A DNA stretch of 63,509 bases, the filler included, from Folioceros fuciformis (lineage: Eukaryota), in NCBI GenBank assembly GCA_049999805.1. It is 9 parts of 9 records of this genome, joined end to end, with 100 filler letters (N's around TTAATTAATTAA, not from the genome) between each part and the next. Parts side by side here need not be neighbours in the genome. Positions count along the whole stretch, not along the records: positions 1 to 8,637 come from JBNGIO010002894.1; positions 8,738 to 15,149 come from JBNGIO010002895.1; 7 more parts are not named here. The stretch is one strand, 5' to 3'. Numbering within the stretch: position 1 is the stretch's first letter; every line of letters starts with the position of its first letter. The notes under the pieces were generated by a model. The model saw only the letters and a program-made list of their open reading frames with translations. It ran no database searches and was not told where the DNA came from. Position numbers and translations under genes: made by a program. Of the stretch, positions 1-13,013 are shown one piece after another.

Positions 1-1356
1 TACCTGGTCACTGGGCACGTGACTATAGGAAGAAGCAAGCCGCTGAATCTCGCAAGGAACCTTCAGCGGGTGCATCCGGTCAAGTGGTGATGAAGAAACA
101 ACCTACTCCCTCTGTCCTTACAGTTTTGACTAGGGAGAATGTAATTATCTCACCAGTCCAGCCCATCTGCCTATTTGCAAATTCATTCACCCAACATTCT
201 AATGAGTGGTTTTTAGATACAGGCGCTACTGCACACATCTATTTTGACAGAAGTGCATTTACCATATATTGGTCAGTCAAGGATGAGTATGTTTACCTAG
301 GAGATGATAGATCTCTGGTTACACCTAGCAAAGGCACAATTAAATTGTTAGTACCTTCTAGGGTTACTTTGCTTCTTTATGAAGTCTACTATGTGCCTGA
401 TATGACAAGGAATTTGATATGTCAAGCAAATGAATGCAGATAACAATTATCATGTACTGTTTACACAAGCAGAATACCAACTTATAGATGCATTTGATCA
501 TAGGAAAATACTTGCTTGTGGGTCATTTGCAGATGGTTTGTTCCTTCTTCATACAAAGCAAGAACCTGTAGAGTCTAATCTAACACAAGATGTGTTGTTA
601 TCCTTTGACCAGCAAGTAGAAAAGTCTAAACTTTGGCATGCAAGATTGGGACATCCACATAATGCTAAGTTGCAGAAACTAGTAGTGAGTGATTTGTATC
701 AAGATGGGAAGATAGGTTCCTTACCAATTTGTCACTGTGTGAAGCCTGTGTGCTTTCTAAAAGACATCAAGCTTCTTTCAAAAATCAAACTCCCCACAGT
801 GCACATGAAACCTTGGAACTTGCGCATACAAACCTATGTGGGCCTCTTCCTCAAGAGTCCATAGGTGGGGGGAAGTACTTCTTGACCTTCACAGATAATA
901 AAACCAAATTTGTTACTTCATACATCTTGAAAAACAAGCGTGAGTGTTTTTCCTATTTCAAGGAGTATATTAAACAATCTGAAAGGTGGATTGGAAAACC
1001 ATTGAAGATATTGAGATTAGACAATGGTGGGGAATTTACCTCCAAAGCTTTCCAAGACTATTGTACAAATGTTGGTATTGGAAGACAACTTACAGTTTAC
1101 AAACCCTAAAATCAATCTCCTGAAATTGTTGAGCAGTTACCTCCTCCCGGACAACAACCCAACACAAAATTTGCTATACCTACAGCTAATGTTCAGGATG
1201 AAAATATTAATCCTGCAGGGGGGAACATAGAAGGGAACTTTGACTTACCTAATCAAGCACCTGAGCTAGAGTCTCCACCTAGTCGCTACCCAGTTCATGA
1301 CCGACGTGCCCCAGATTAATATCGTGCTCCAGATTTCAAAGTTGGCAGAGCAGGAG
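1..1356 (+). mobile_element. Ty1/copia fragment (zinc-knuckle end, protease, GAG-pre-integrase, partial integrase), frameshifted and internally deleted
   Basis: Motifs WFLDTGATAHI (protease), LWHARLGHP, CEACVLSK and LRLDNGGEF (rve) lie in successive frames. The integrase stops after ~1105, and the fragment is cut by a LINE poly-T at 1357. Confidence 0.92.
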
Positions 1357-4026
1357 TTTTTTTTTTCGCGAAGAAAATAATTCTGATTATGAGTGGAAGA
1401 CTCCTCCCACTTACAATACAATGGGAACCCCCTGCTAACGAATGGACATATATCGAGCACCAAAAGAGAGGAGGGAGGACTAGCCTTAAGACCAAAGCTC
1501 AAGACAAGGCGCACAGAGAGTGCTCCCCTACACTATGGTACCCGCCGCCTGCCTAAAACACTGATACACACCCTTCAAAGTCTCTCAAAGACCCTAAAGA
1601 CTCACCTTCCCCAGGGGCACAAGTGATTCCAACCCGTATCTTTCGCAGGCGAAAGGAAGCCGGCCATCCTCCAGTCTTTTCGCTTAAATTGCTTCCGGCT
1701 TGATTGCTCCAAGGCTTCTGCTGCAATCAATAAATGCTCCCATATGCGCCATAACAGAGCTTTCACTCAAGCTGACTCCTGTCCTCCATAAACCACCGCG
1801 GACCAATTGACCAAGAGATAGAAAAGACAAGAGGACCACAGTAAGCCCCACCATTGGGTCATCAAGAGACCATCCTCCGAGTCGACTCCCCTACTATCCA
1901 TGGAGTAAGCAAACCACCCTTCCTAGCCTATGGTAGGTTATTGCCTTAGGATCTGATGTACCTTTTCCTCTAGCCCCTCGTGCAGCCACGAGAATATGAG
2001 TCTGATGTGCCGGGCCCCTACGCCAAACTCCCTTCTGACCTCTTCCACCTCCTTCCAACGGGACTCTAATCTATTCCACAAATGCCCAAGCTGGATAACA
2101 CCTTTGTGACAAACCAGCCCGAAAATTTGTGACCGATAAACCTTTGGCCTAAACTCCCGTACCCATGACCTTGAGAAGCCCTGCAAAGGAATGCCCAGAA
2201 CATCATCCAAATGAGAGAAGGTGCCCGGGATAAGATAATGTTTGATCTCCAAGTAACTGTTCCAGATGGACTTGAAGAGCGGGGAGCATCCTGCAGTATC
2301 CAGCAGCGGTTTGTCAGCCAGAATGTTGTCAATAGACCTCCTACCCCTAGGGACAGCTTGGGTGCCGTCCAAGTACTATGTTAGCAGACTCTTCCAAGGG
2401 TAGTATGTCGGATCTGCTGCCCTAACAACCCATTGAGCATGCAAAAATTTCATCTTGGCAATTGGGTCCACCACCCCTAGGCCCCGCATTCCACGCGCTT
2501 GAATAATATGCTGCCAAGCCACTTTAGAACAACCAGCCAAACCATCCCCCGAACGTTTCCACAGGAAAGAGGTCAGCACCTGTTGTAAGCGCTTCACCTC
2601 TGTCTTAGAAGGTGCCCACAAAAACAAAAAGTACCATAAAGAGGCTGTAAGGGTATGGTTAATCACCACAAGCCTACCTGCCAAGTTGAGCTCCAGCAAT
2701 TGTAAACTAGCAGCTTTGCGAATGAACCTGAGGCAGACATACTTCCCAATCTCCCCATTCTCCTCCCCCTCTTGAAAAGGAAGTCCCAAATACTTGTGGG
2801 TAGAGCCCAGGGTCACTCGCTTGATATGGTTAATACACTGAGGGGGTTCCCCCTCCATGTGAAGACACATCATGCGCGTCTTGTTCCAATTCACCTTGCA
2901 GCCCGAGAGTTCACTAAAGACCTTGACCTATTGGAGCAACGCTTCCAATGAAGCCTCCTTTGCTGAGGAAAAGAGGAGCATATCATCTGCAAATGCAGAG
3001 ACCATTAGTTGTGTTCCATCTGGGTTCCGGATACCCACCATTGCCGGGTCCTGCTTAACTGCTCTGAGAAAGAAGTCAGTAACGATAATAAATAAGAATG
3101 GAGCAAGGGGGCAACCGTGACATACCGACTAAGAGATGCCAAAGCGCTCCGTAAAGGATCCGTTAACAGACACCTTGGCGCCTGCGTCTTCACACAGAAT
3201 GGCTATCCATCTGCAGAAGTTATTCCCAAACCCGAAACTACGCAGGCATCGCCACAGGAAGTGCCATTCAACTGAATCATACGCCTTGTAAAAATCAAGG
3301 GAGATGAAGACTGCGGCTTTCTTCTGTACCTGGGTGTTGTACTTAGCTTCACTCAGGAGTAGAAGGTTGTCTTGGATGCACCTATTTTGAATGAACCCTC
3401 GCTACTCTTTCTCAATCCAATCATCAAGAAATGGAGTGATTCGGTTAGCCAACACCTTAGCAATCACCTTGTATATGGTAGTGAGCAGGGTAATCGGGCG
3501 CCAATTGGAGATTGATAGATTGGCGTCTTGCTTAGGGAGCAAGGAGATAACCCCCATGTTGAACCAACTCCCCATGCTACCCTCCTCCCAAAACATATTA
3601 ATCGCCTCCATGAACAATGGTTGCATAAAATCCCATCCCCAGAGTAGGAACTCGGGAGGGATACCATCGTGCCCTGGGGACTTATCCCTCGGCATCCCCT
3701 TCAGGGCCTGGAACACCTCATCAGCAGATATCGGCATATCCAGAGCCTTGCGTTGGTCCTCAGAAACCTTGGGCGAAAATGCACTATATGAAGAGGACCA
3801 AAGCCGTTCCCACCCTGCCAGCTTCCCAACACTAGAGAAAATGCTAACAAAGAAGGTAATGAGAGTTTTTAAACCTTCAAGCAATTCTTGCACCACGCCA
3901 CGCGCGTCCGGGAGGGCAGGGATTCGAGTCTTATGCCGATTAGAGGCCACCTTGTCGAAGAAGAATTTAGAGGGGCCATCCCCCTCCCTCACCCATTTAA
4001 TTTTAGCCCGCTTAAACCATCCTCAA

Positions 4027-4241
4027 TACAAAAACAGGAGAAGCAATCTCACTTAGGAAAAATGATCACATATATCAAACAAGCAAAACTCTTTTTGTCT
4101 TGTGTCATGTGCTATGGTGGTTAGGTATTTTGTAGTCATGTGTCTTTTCACATCTTGACTTTCTAACCCTAACTAAGCTTATTTAGCTTAACCTAGTTGT
4201 TGACTAGCTGACGCTAGACTATTCCTAGGCTTCACTTTGCA
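4027..4241 (-). mobile_element. Copia solo LTR (215 bp) inserted in the LINE
   Basis: Flanked by TSD CTCAA (4022-4026 and 4242-4246). Termini are ta(g)caaa...tttgca. The end is similar to the LTR at 43911-44110. Confidence 0.85.
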
Positions 4242-5333
4242 CTCAAGCCCTATCTTCTTCCAGCTTGGCCAAGGCGCATTATACCTCCGTTTTACGGGCC
4301 ACTTCCGCATCAGTGAAATCCCGACTCTCACAGCTCCTTTGGAGCCAGCCCAATTCCTCCCTCAAAAACATTCTTGCTGACGTTGATAGCTTGCTCGTTG
4401 CACCCCTCGCCTCCTCAGATACCTAGTCGCCTTAGTGTTAGCACGCATCAGTTTGATCGCCGCATTCTCTTCCCCCTGTTCCACTCCCTGCCAAAAGTTT
4501 TTGATGTCTTCAAAGACACCTTTGTCCTTCAATAAGGAGGTGTTCATCCGAAAATTTTGCAAATGTCTCCTAGGGCACTCCGAATCAGGAGCAAGTCTCA
4601 GGTGCAGACTAATAGGATGGTGGTCCAATAGAATCGTACTTGCAAGAATGCTGTACGACTGTACAAAGGCCAGCCACCTTGCAGGTAAATAATACCTGTC
4701 CAACCTGCGTGCTCCCAAGTTCTGTTGTTGATGGTTAGACCAGCTGAACATTAAGAACTGCGGTAGGCGATGCGCCAGGAGAGCCACCCACGGATCCTGC
4801 ACCGCCAAGATCGTATCTCTCAGCTCCTACCAAGACATAGGCACCACCCGAACATCACTTGGGCTATCCCCACGTATGTCCTCTCGATGGTCAACAAAGT
4901 TGAAATTGCCCGCCAGCGTCCACGGAATCTGCTCATCAAGCTGTTCACCCAGCTTACTCCAGAGGATACTCCTGTCCACGGCATCATTGGGCGCGTAAAT
5001 ATTACATACTCCAACTGGACCTTGAGGTGTTTGTAGCACCATCCACACAAACCTCCCATCCTCATCTTGTCCCAATTCCAGGATATTATGGGTTTGCTCT
5101 GGGTGAACTGTCATGGACACCCCTCCACGGGTTGCTGAAGCTCGTTGAGAAGAGATTTGTCAATCTCTTGTATCCTCCGCTCTAGCTGCTGCCCATTCAG
5201 TTCTCCCAGGAAGAAAGATTTTCTTCACTTTTTGGATGTGCTCCAAGGACAATTTATGCTCTTGCAAGCACACCACATCCCAAGTGACTTCCTCTTCTAG
5301 CAGCTTCTTAAGTCTTCTGTTGGATGAGGATTC

Positions 5334-5611
5334 GCTTACCCTTTAAATAATAATTGTATTAAATAATAAGTGTATTAGGGTTAGGCAAGTAGATATGAAT
5401 AGTTTCATTTATTTTTAGGGCACGTTGACGGTTGGTAGTTGGTAACTGCCGTGTCATGTGAAAGACACACGAACGTCGTTTCACCATCTAATTCTATTCT
5501 TAATTCTATCGCTTCCTCGCCTACATGTCTCTAGTGCGCGTACGCCTACTACAATCTACTTGCTGTTCATAAACGACATCTTCTACACTTCGACGCCGTC
5601 TTCGACCATCT
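5334..5611. mobile_element. LTR-like insertion splitting the start of the LINE endonuclease
   Basis: It separates SWNVRGLG from ESSSNRRLKKLL...VCLQEHK. It contains TTAGGGTTAGG and shares GCCGTGTCATGTGAA with ~47047. No clear TSD. Confidence 0.6.
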
Positions 5612-8600
5612 CCCCAGACCCCTAACATTCCAGGAAATGATCCGTAAATGAGGCCCCCTTTCATAGTTCTTCAAAGTGTCGAAACTCATTTAACGGGACT
5701 TGCTTGAGAGATTTCGTATTGCAGACAGCTTGGGCAGCCTAGCCCCAATCACTGACTTATGCCGCGTCAGACGGTCCTTAGCTTTTAGCTCAAGGGACAA
5801 TCTTTGAAGCCTTTCCGACTTGCGAGTCGCAGGGGCGGGCCTCCAATCTTGACCAGCTAAGGGCCCCTTAGCATCACTTGCTGCCGAGTGTGGACCCCCA
5901 AACCTGTCTTTCGCCCAAGGCGCATCCAAGGACCACCTCCACTCTGGGTTAAGTGGTAAATTGGGACCAATGTCTTGCTTTAGCCGAATATCAGCAAAGA
6001 GACGACCCTCCTTCTGGTAGATACCACTGAAAAATTCCACCTCCTTACCCTCCTTGCCTACAAGGACCCCTTCAGCATACAAGAAGTCAAAAATCTTGTC
6101 CTGCCATGCATGCAACTGATGTAGTGTAACGACAAGAGGGAGCTGTTCCCCCTCGCCTCCTATCACGACCAGAAAGGAAAGATGGTCATGAACCTTTCTC
6201 ATAACTGTTAGGTTGATCACAAAATGTCGGCCTTTTCTCCTTGATGTGCCTTCCGCCTTCCTAAGTTCCTAACCTCTTAACAAGTGATACACCTCCTGCC
6301 CTGTAGGAGGGTACCCATCCTGCGCCCTCTTAGCCTGCACCAAGTCCTTGTCCAAGGAGTTAGACGGAGAAGTGCTTGCTTCATCCCCGGAGAAAACAAC
6401 CTGCACTTCATGCCAGATTGTATCAGCATCCTCATCTACCTCAGCACAAGGAGTGGAGAAAAGATCTTCCTCGGAGGCGAACACCGCGTTATCTCTCATG
6501 ATGGGATTGGCATATTTTGTGGGGCTGTTACCTACCACCGCGAGTTTACTGAGACACGCAGAGTCATTTCCATCCATTCCACATCCTCGTCCTGCTCCAT
6601 AATTGTGGTGACTGCGGACTACCAAAGGGGCGTTCCCCCCGCCAATAGAAATCTTCCCGAGAAACTTGTTACCACCCCTTATTCCTTCCAGCACCTTAAG
6701 CTTTTTCCCTTCCGGGGAGGTGATGTCCAAAGCCATGCGTTGTACGGCTTTGTTCAACGCCTTCCTTGCCTTGCCGCATCCTTGGTAGAAGGATGTTCAT
6801 ATTCAAACGATTAAAATAAGGCATCTTTTCATGATTGTTCCTTGTCACAAACATCTTCTTCCTTAAAATTTTGAAATAGGCATGGAATATGTGGATTGGT
6901 TTTGTAGGAACACAACTCTTTTCGCACCCTTAAAAAGTTGGATTTGTTGAAAGACAATTTTCTTTTCACACCCTAAAACATGGAGACAAAGAGTTCCAAT
7001 GCTTGCTTAGAGAACTTGTTTGTTTTTTCAAAACAACTTCCTTCTCATACCCTAAGAAACGAAGATGGAGAGTGCGATGCTTATTTGTTGTTTTTAGCCA
7101 AAGTCTTTCTTTTTGTTCGAAGATGTTTTTAATTATCTTAGAAAAACAAGATAGAAAAACCCATCTACACCTAGAAAGGAGATAAACCATCATAGGGAGA
7201 GATAAACCATCATAGGCACATTAGAGGCTTACCCCTAGAAAGCCCTAATGACTATCAATAACACCTAAAACATAATGGTCTATTATAGATAATGTAATAT
7301 AATGCATTCATGCCGTGGTGAAGTTATCATAAAGGTGAGAAATTTGCAAGCACTGCATACATCCATAATGTAGGGGCAATATGGTTTACTGAAAGGTTAG
7401 TTGGTACTAAGATTACCTCATCATCTCTGTTTTCCAAGATTTTATTGAATGCATCCCTAACAATAAATAATTTTATTGTCATGCAACCTGCATTCTCTAT
7501 AAGTTAGGTGCATGAATCTATCTAGGATTATCCTTGTACTCGAATGATCTTCTTTGCATTCCAACCATATTTATTCTAAAGCAGGGGAACTATATGACCT
7601 GCTTGTAGCTTAAATAAATAAATAAATGAATGAATAAATAAAAGCTATCTAATAAGATGTATTAGAGGATAATGACAGCGGAGCAGCATCGTGCGCAAGT
7701 TGGTCGGCCATGTCAAATAGACTAGGATTCTTCTGTTTTCCGGAGTTACTGCACATGTCGACCAAGTGGATGGCGCCAGCAAAGGAGCGGTCCGGACCTA
7801 CGGACGTGCGGACCAGGATCTACCAATTTCAAGTTCATGGGGCATGTGAAGCAACCGCGGGCGACCGGTCGTCGTAGATTGCTACGCAAGATACCAACCA
7901 AGCATGTCCCCGCCGGGCCTTCTTGGCGTGGCCTCGTCGTATTCCTTTTGCTGCAACCAACTTGTCTGCGTGCCTCCCCGGAAGCCAGTCATGTGGGAGC
8001 TCTGAGCGTGATGGATCTGGTTGCATGATCCGCAGCGTGCCGTCGCTGGGTTGAGTCGGAGGACTCCTCCGGAAATGTACTTCACGTTCAAAGTGAAGGT
8101 CAGAATTCTCCTACAGTGACAGTCACGATTTCCGCAATAGCTTGCGAAATTTTGAATTTCGGTTGCAAATCTGTTTCTTTCTGAGCTATGCGAGTGTGCG
8201 TGCTCGTCCTCGTCTGCTGCCACCTGTTGTTAGGACGTCTTCTCAGGTTTTGATTTCGTGCTCATCCTGTACCACTGGAATACGCATATGTGCCACTAGG
8301 CAGCTTCCAGCCTGTGCCACTCCGAAAGGGGAGCCTTTTCTCTGCGATTGTGCTGAGCCAGTACTAGCTCCTCCATGTCTCGCGTTTTGTGTAGTCGCTG
8401 TACCTCAGGAGTCAGAGACGGTTGTTGTGCGGTTTAGGTCGGGTGGTTTTAAAGCTGCAGATCCAGAAAGCAGGGCTTGGTGTGATGCTTTTTGACGGAA
8501 GGTGTATGAGACAGTGACAGAGAGGAGCAGGAACGTGCTGAATCTTGTGGAATTCAGGAGGTAGGACACCTCGCTGTGGTGTCAATTACTGTAGAGATGG

Positions 8601-8637
8601 CAGTCCTTGCTTGCTAGGAAAGCTACCATACCAATTG

Positions 8638-8737
8638 NNNNNNNNNNNNNNNNNNNNNNNNNNNNNNNNNNNNNNNNNNNNTTAATTAATTAANNNNNNN
8701 NNNNNNNNNNNNNNNNNNNNNNNNNNNNNNNNNNNNN
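8638..8737. other. Assembly spacer (N44-TTAATTAATTAA-N44); also at 15150, 21241, 27490, 36432, 46871, 53635, 58269; plain N100 at 15882
   Basis: Identical 100-nt structure each time, with a six-frame-stop linker. Confidence 0.98.
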
Positions 8738-10142
8738 TTTTCTATTTTCACCCCTATTTTTCTGGATTTAATTCCATAAATTCCAATTCAACTCTGTTTC
8801 ACCTGCTTTCTTTTCCTCCTAGTTCGGGGCCTATTCCAGCACCTCGGGGTCAGTCTTCCATGGCCAAGGAACCATTTCAGCTGGAAGCTGATCCCGCTGA
8901 ATAAGCTACCATTTTCAGGCCTGGTTCCGGCTGTTGATCCCATTGCCTCCCACCTCCTCTCTATCTTTCCCACTTCTCATACTCCTCCCCTGGAGGCTGG
9001 CTCAGCCACCAAGGGTGAATAGTTGCCGGGGAAGACTTAGCGGGCGGCCATCGAGCATGGAAGAGGCGGCGTCCGCATATCTTTGAAGATCAGACATCCT
9101 TCGAAGTCTCAGGGTAGTCTAAGAGGTGGTAGATCCTTGTGGTGGTAGGGCCAGGAGCTCATTGGTGGCATGATGTGCTAGAAGTCTAAATAAGTGGATG
9201 GTGATAGCTGGCTAGGCTAGTGGTCCTATTAAAATAATATTTCTCAAGTTAGAGAGGTGAAGTCAGAGAGAGAGAGAGACTCCTATAAGATCAGGTGAGC
9301 CTGTAGGAGGAGGGAGTCATTCACTTTGGGAGTCAGTCTCTCTCTTCGTGAGCTCTTGGAGGTCCTCTCTTCATGAGCTCTTGTGGTATGTCCCTGCTTG
9401 GTTTAGGACCTGCAGTGTGTTGCCGGCTGTGCAACGTCTAGTAGGATCGCAAGCCGCGTGTTGCCGGCTGTACAGTGTCTGGTAGGATTGCAGGCAGCGT
9501 GTTGCCTGCTGTACAGTGTCTGGTAGGATCACAAGGTGTAATGACCAGGGTGTAGGGGCTTGCCCCTAGCTCTTGATTGTAAAGGATGTGTCTTTCTCTC
9601 GACCTGTCCACTCTTGTTCCCTGTTTGGACAAGTGCTATAGGCCGGCCATGTCTCATGGTGTCTGGTAAGGTTGTGGGGAGGAGATATCCAAAAGGGGAG
9701 TGTGTTCCCTTCTTTCTTTTCTTTGGGGTAAGTCTAGTGACTCTTGCCGGGTAGGAGGAGTCAGTAGGGAAGTGTAGAAGGTAGTGGTGTCATTGTTAGT
9801 TGCTGGTGTTGGTGCTGGAGTGAGAGAGTGAGTGAAGTGAGTGAGGGAAGTCGCAGATCTAAGAGGTTAGGGTCGTTGTAGTTACTGGAGTGAGTTTGTG
9901 GGCACCGAGAGAGGTGCAGCTGACCGCTGGACAGTGAGGCCTATCCTATGCCTGATCGGAGCTGGAGGGGAGCCCTCGAATCCATCATCAAGTCGATCAA
10001 GTCTGACCCTCCATCCACAGCAGCAAGGAACCTCATCGCTCCTTCGTGGGAACGAAACCCAATGTCTCAACGACAGTGGGATAAGTGTGGCCACTAAAGG
10101 TGGAACCCGTTGGCAATCAGTGCCCAGGGTTTTGCCTCCACA
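8738..10142 (-). mobile_element. Long LTR (starts TGTGGAGGC on the minus strand) inserted in a copia pre-integrase region
   Basis: About 9840-10142 is the reverse complement of 53332-53634. It interrupts WHARLG-P and contains ~3 imperfect ~41-bp repeats at 9417-9535. Confidence 0.75.
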
Positions 10143-12794
10143 GGGACCTAACCTGGCATGCCACATAAGTGCAAGACGTTTGGAGTCTCGTGAAGCCATC
10201 CCTATAGAATGCTTGTGCGAGAAAAAATCCAGTCTGTACAGACCACTGTCGGGAATGCCCCTAAACACGCAGATGTTAGGGTATGACTTCTTGTGAAAGG
10301 TGCAGATGTCGTGCATAGCCTTCAATTCATAGATGCGGAGTCTCATAAAGAACATATAGCACATCTTCTAAAGTTAGGATGGAACAATCATGCAAGGTAA
10401 ATTTACAAATACCTTGCCCTTTGATTTGGAGACTTGTCTTGTTCTGTTCATCTCCCAGCAACACCTTGTCAACTATGTGACCAAGGTTTGACTTGAAAAA
10501 TTGATCCCTATTCTTGCAAATGTGGGAAGTTGCACCAAAATCAAGGTACCAGCTGCCTTCCTCAGGCCAAGAACGGGCAAGACAAACAGTAAGGATCTTT
10601 ACCACAGCTTTGGCATCACTTGACTGATTTTTCTCCTTGACTTCCATGTTTGTAGTGCTCTTTGAAGTGCGTTGGGGTTCCCGTGCCTTCTTCTTCTTGC
10701 ATTCTCAAGCCCAATGACACGGAATACCACACCAGTTAAAGTTTCCAGATCTCTTGGAAGACGAAGAAGATGTAGAATCAGGTTTACCCACAGACCTGTA
10801 TTTGCCTTTACCCTTATTGGGTCTGAAGCCTGGTGCTAATGCCTTTTCTGCTTTGTTCTTAGGAACACCAACGGAGATAAGACGAGTCTGCTCTTCTTGA
10901 TACAAGGCACCAACCACTTCTTCAATAGTGACTATGCTCGCAGAAGTGCCACCAGTAGACTTGATAGGCCCATTCTGGGTTGTAACAAAGGACTAGTATG
11001 ATGGAGGCAAGCTAGAAAGGGGCTTTGCAACTTAACTGCCTGAACTTCTGGTATCTTTTCTCTTGTAAGTGAAGCAATCTGAGCTCTCAAGTGTCTAAAT
11101 TTACTAGTGTAAGATGACACTCTTTCTCCTTCCTTCATCCGTAGTGAGTAATACTCTTGTTGTACTGAACACAATGTCATCATGTTTTGATTTTGATATG
11201 ACCTTTCTAGCTGAGCCCATATTGCAGAGGCTTCTGTAAGGAACTCTACATTCGGGACAAGATCAGCATCGAGCCCACTGAAAAGCAAGGCAATGGCAAT
11301 ACTATTGTGTAGATCCCGTTTGACAATGTCATCAGGTGTGGGTTTTGTAGCAGCTGCTGCATCTGGTTTACTGTAAGTTCCATCTATTATGGTCCATACA
11401 CCACGAGCCAACAAGGTAGCTTTCATGCGTACACGCCAAACTGGGTACCTGTTGCCATTAAAACGATCCTTCTCCTTGATTTCATATGTGAAGGTTGGTG
11501 ATGACATGGCAGGTACTACAAGCAGTGCAGGTTTTGGTTTGGCTTTCAATTTAGGTGTTACACTTAACTGCTAAAACTGCGATGCTAGAGCATCCAATAA
11601 TTATTCTTTTGACCCAGAGGACATACAGGTAATACAAGTGCTGCTAGGGCTATGGCTCCAATAGCAAAATGCATGCCTGAATGCATTTAGGGTAGGTTTG
11701 CACAATTAGGTTCTTTGCTAACTATGGCATATAGGGGATTTGACGGGAAGGGCTAGCCCGGGAGGATAAGGGATAAGGTGTATCCTGGCTTGCCCGTGCT
11801 AACCTCCCCATCAAAGTCTTCTATGTGCTTATGGTTAGTCAATGTAAAGACAAGTTTTATACATTTTTCTAACTCACGTCGTTTCAAACCTAACTGCCAC
11901 GAGTCATTGGAAAGTGAAGAGGCGCAAGACACCAAACAGCGTGCCTAGTTAGACCAATGCAATGAATCAAATTGCAATGGTGAAGAGGTGCCTGATCTGA
12001 AAATGACGGTTTGGATCTGGCAGTAACCTTGCACAGCCCTAGCACTTGCAAGCCCTCACGTCGTGGAAAAATTCATGCAAGTAAGCCATCGGTAGACGGC
12101 TGAATTGTTAAGTGTGTTCCCTTGTTCGATCTTGAAGCTGGCATTCCGTAATCCCCTTGTGTTGCTGCATCTAGGTACTGTAGTGTCCTGGACATTTCTA
12201 TCACAAGATCGTTTATTTTTTGCTTGGCTTCTATCACCCAAGGGGTTTGCTCAATATTTGTATGAAATTCTTCAATTCTCGCTTTCAATACTTCCTGTTT
12301 TGATAGCAACAAGGAAAAGGACTTCTCCACATGGACGTCTGTTGCAAAAATCTTGCTCATAATGCTTTGATTGTTGTAGTTTCTGTGTGATGATCCTTCT
12401 TGATCACGTTGCTGTGTTACAGGTCTTGGTTGAAATAAAGATTCCACATGAGGCAGCTCAGGGCGTTCGAAGTAAAGATGAGGGTTTTGTCCCCTCTATC
12501 TACAATGTGCTCGAAAAATGGAGTCAACTCTAAAGTTGTTGACTTCTCTTTGATGTGCCCTTCTCTGCCCTGCTCGATTGGATCTCCTATCCACAAATTG
12601 TCTTAGATAGTACTCAGGGTAGTTAGAAGCGTAGAGGTCTGGTACGTCTTCAGGAGAGCAAAAGCTTTGATTTGGAATTCTTCCAAAACATACAATGTTT
12701 CTCTCTCCACTCTTTGACGTCTGCTTCTGCGCGTGTTCCCCCTGTTACGCATCTTGCAAAAATGTGGACAATGGAGATTTAAGCTCTGATACCA
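10143..12794 (-). mobile_element. Ty1/copia 5' half (PBS, extra ORF, gag, zinc knuckle, protease)
   Basis: PBS TGGTATCAGAGC at 12783-12794. Gag KEKDRFNGNRYPVWRVRM (10932-11549), NWCGIPCHW, WYLDFGATSHIC. Confidence 0.92.
12073..12752 (-). pseudogene. Extra sense ORF ('ORF0') between PBS and gag, disrupted
   Basis: ORF pieces 12603-12752 and 12073-12447 show protein similarity to 27767-28354 (SKIF...E..FS.LLS..E). Confidence 0.6.
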
Positions 12795-12801
12795 CATCAA
12801 T

Positions 12802-13013
12802 TGTTGGACATAATTACGTTCTCTAAGAAAAGCTTAGAGACGTGATAGACAAAAGCCAGATAGACAAAACTGATAATGATTAATTAACAAAATTTCTCAA
12901 GTGTGTTTTTAATACCAAACCCTATTATCTAAAGGTCACATATTTAACTTATATCCATTCAACCCCAACCATAACTAACTTAAGCGTAGTCCAGAGTTAA
13001 TTGTATTTTGACA
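12802..13013 (-). repeat. Copia LTR (212 bp), with a PPT-like tract on one side and a PBS on the other
   Basis: Termini TGTTG...TGACA. Minus-strand GGTGAAAG precedes it and a PBS follows 7 nt after. Confidence 0.7.

Larger units (their letters stand above)
1357..6790 (-). mobile_element. L1-type LINE, degenerate (ORF1 C-terminal part, ORF2 endonuclease and RT, poly-A tail)
   Basis: Poly-T 1357-1366 is the 3' tail. The minus strand encodes ISWNVRGLG / VCLQEHK / NIYAPN / GNFN / RLDRYY / DHHPI (APE endonuclease) and KSPGHDGIP / NWRPITLL / KYLGLP (RT region). It is near-identical to the copy at 36532-38820. The 5' boundary is approximate. Confidence 0.92.

Noticed and set aside
3391-4056. 221-aa plus-strand ORF and similar ORFs opposite RT or pol
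   Set aside because: These are antisense shadows of LINE or copia coding sequence.
8682-8693. Recurrent TTAATTAATTAA palindrome as a biological site
   Set aside because: It is always centred in N runs, so it is an artificial six-frame-stop linker.
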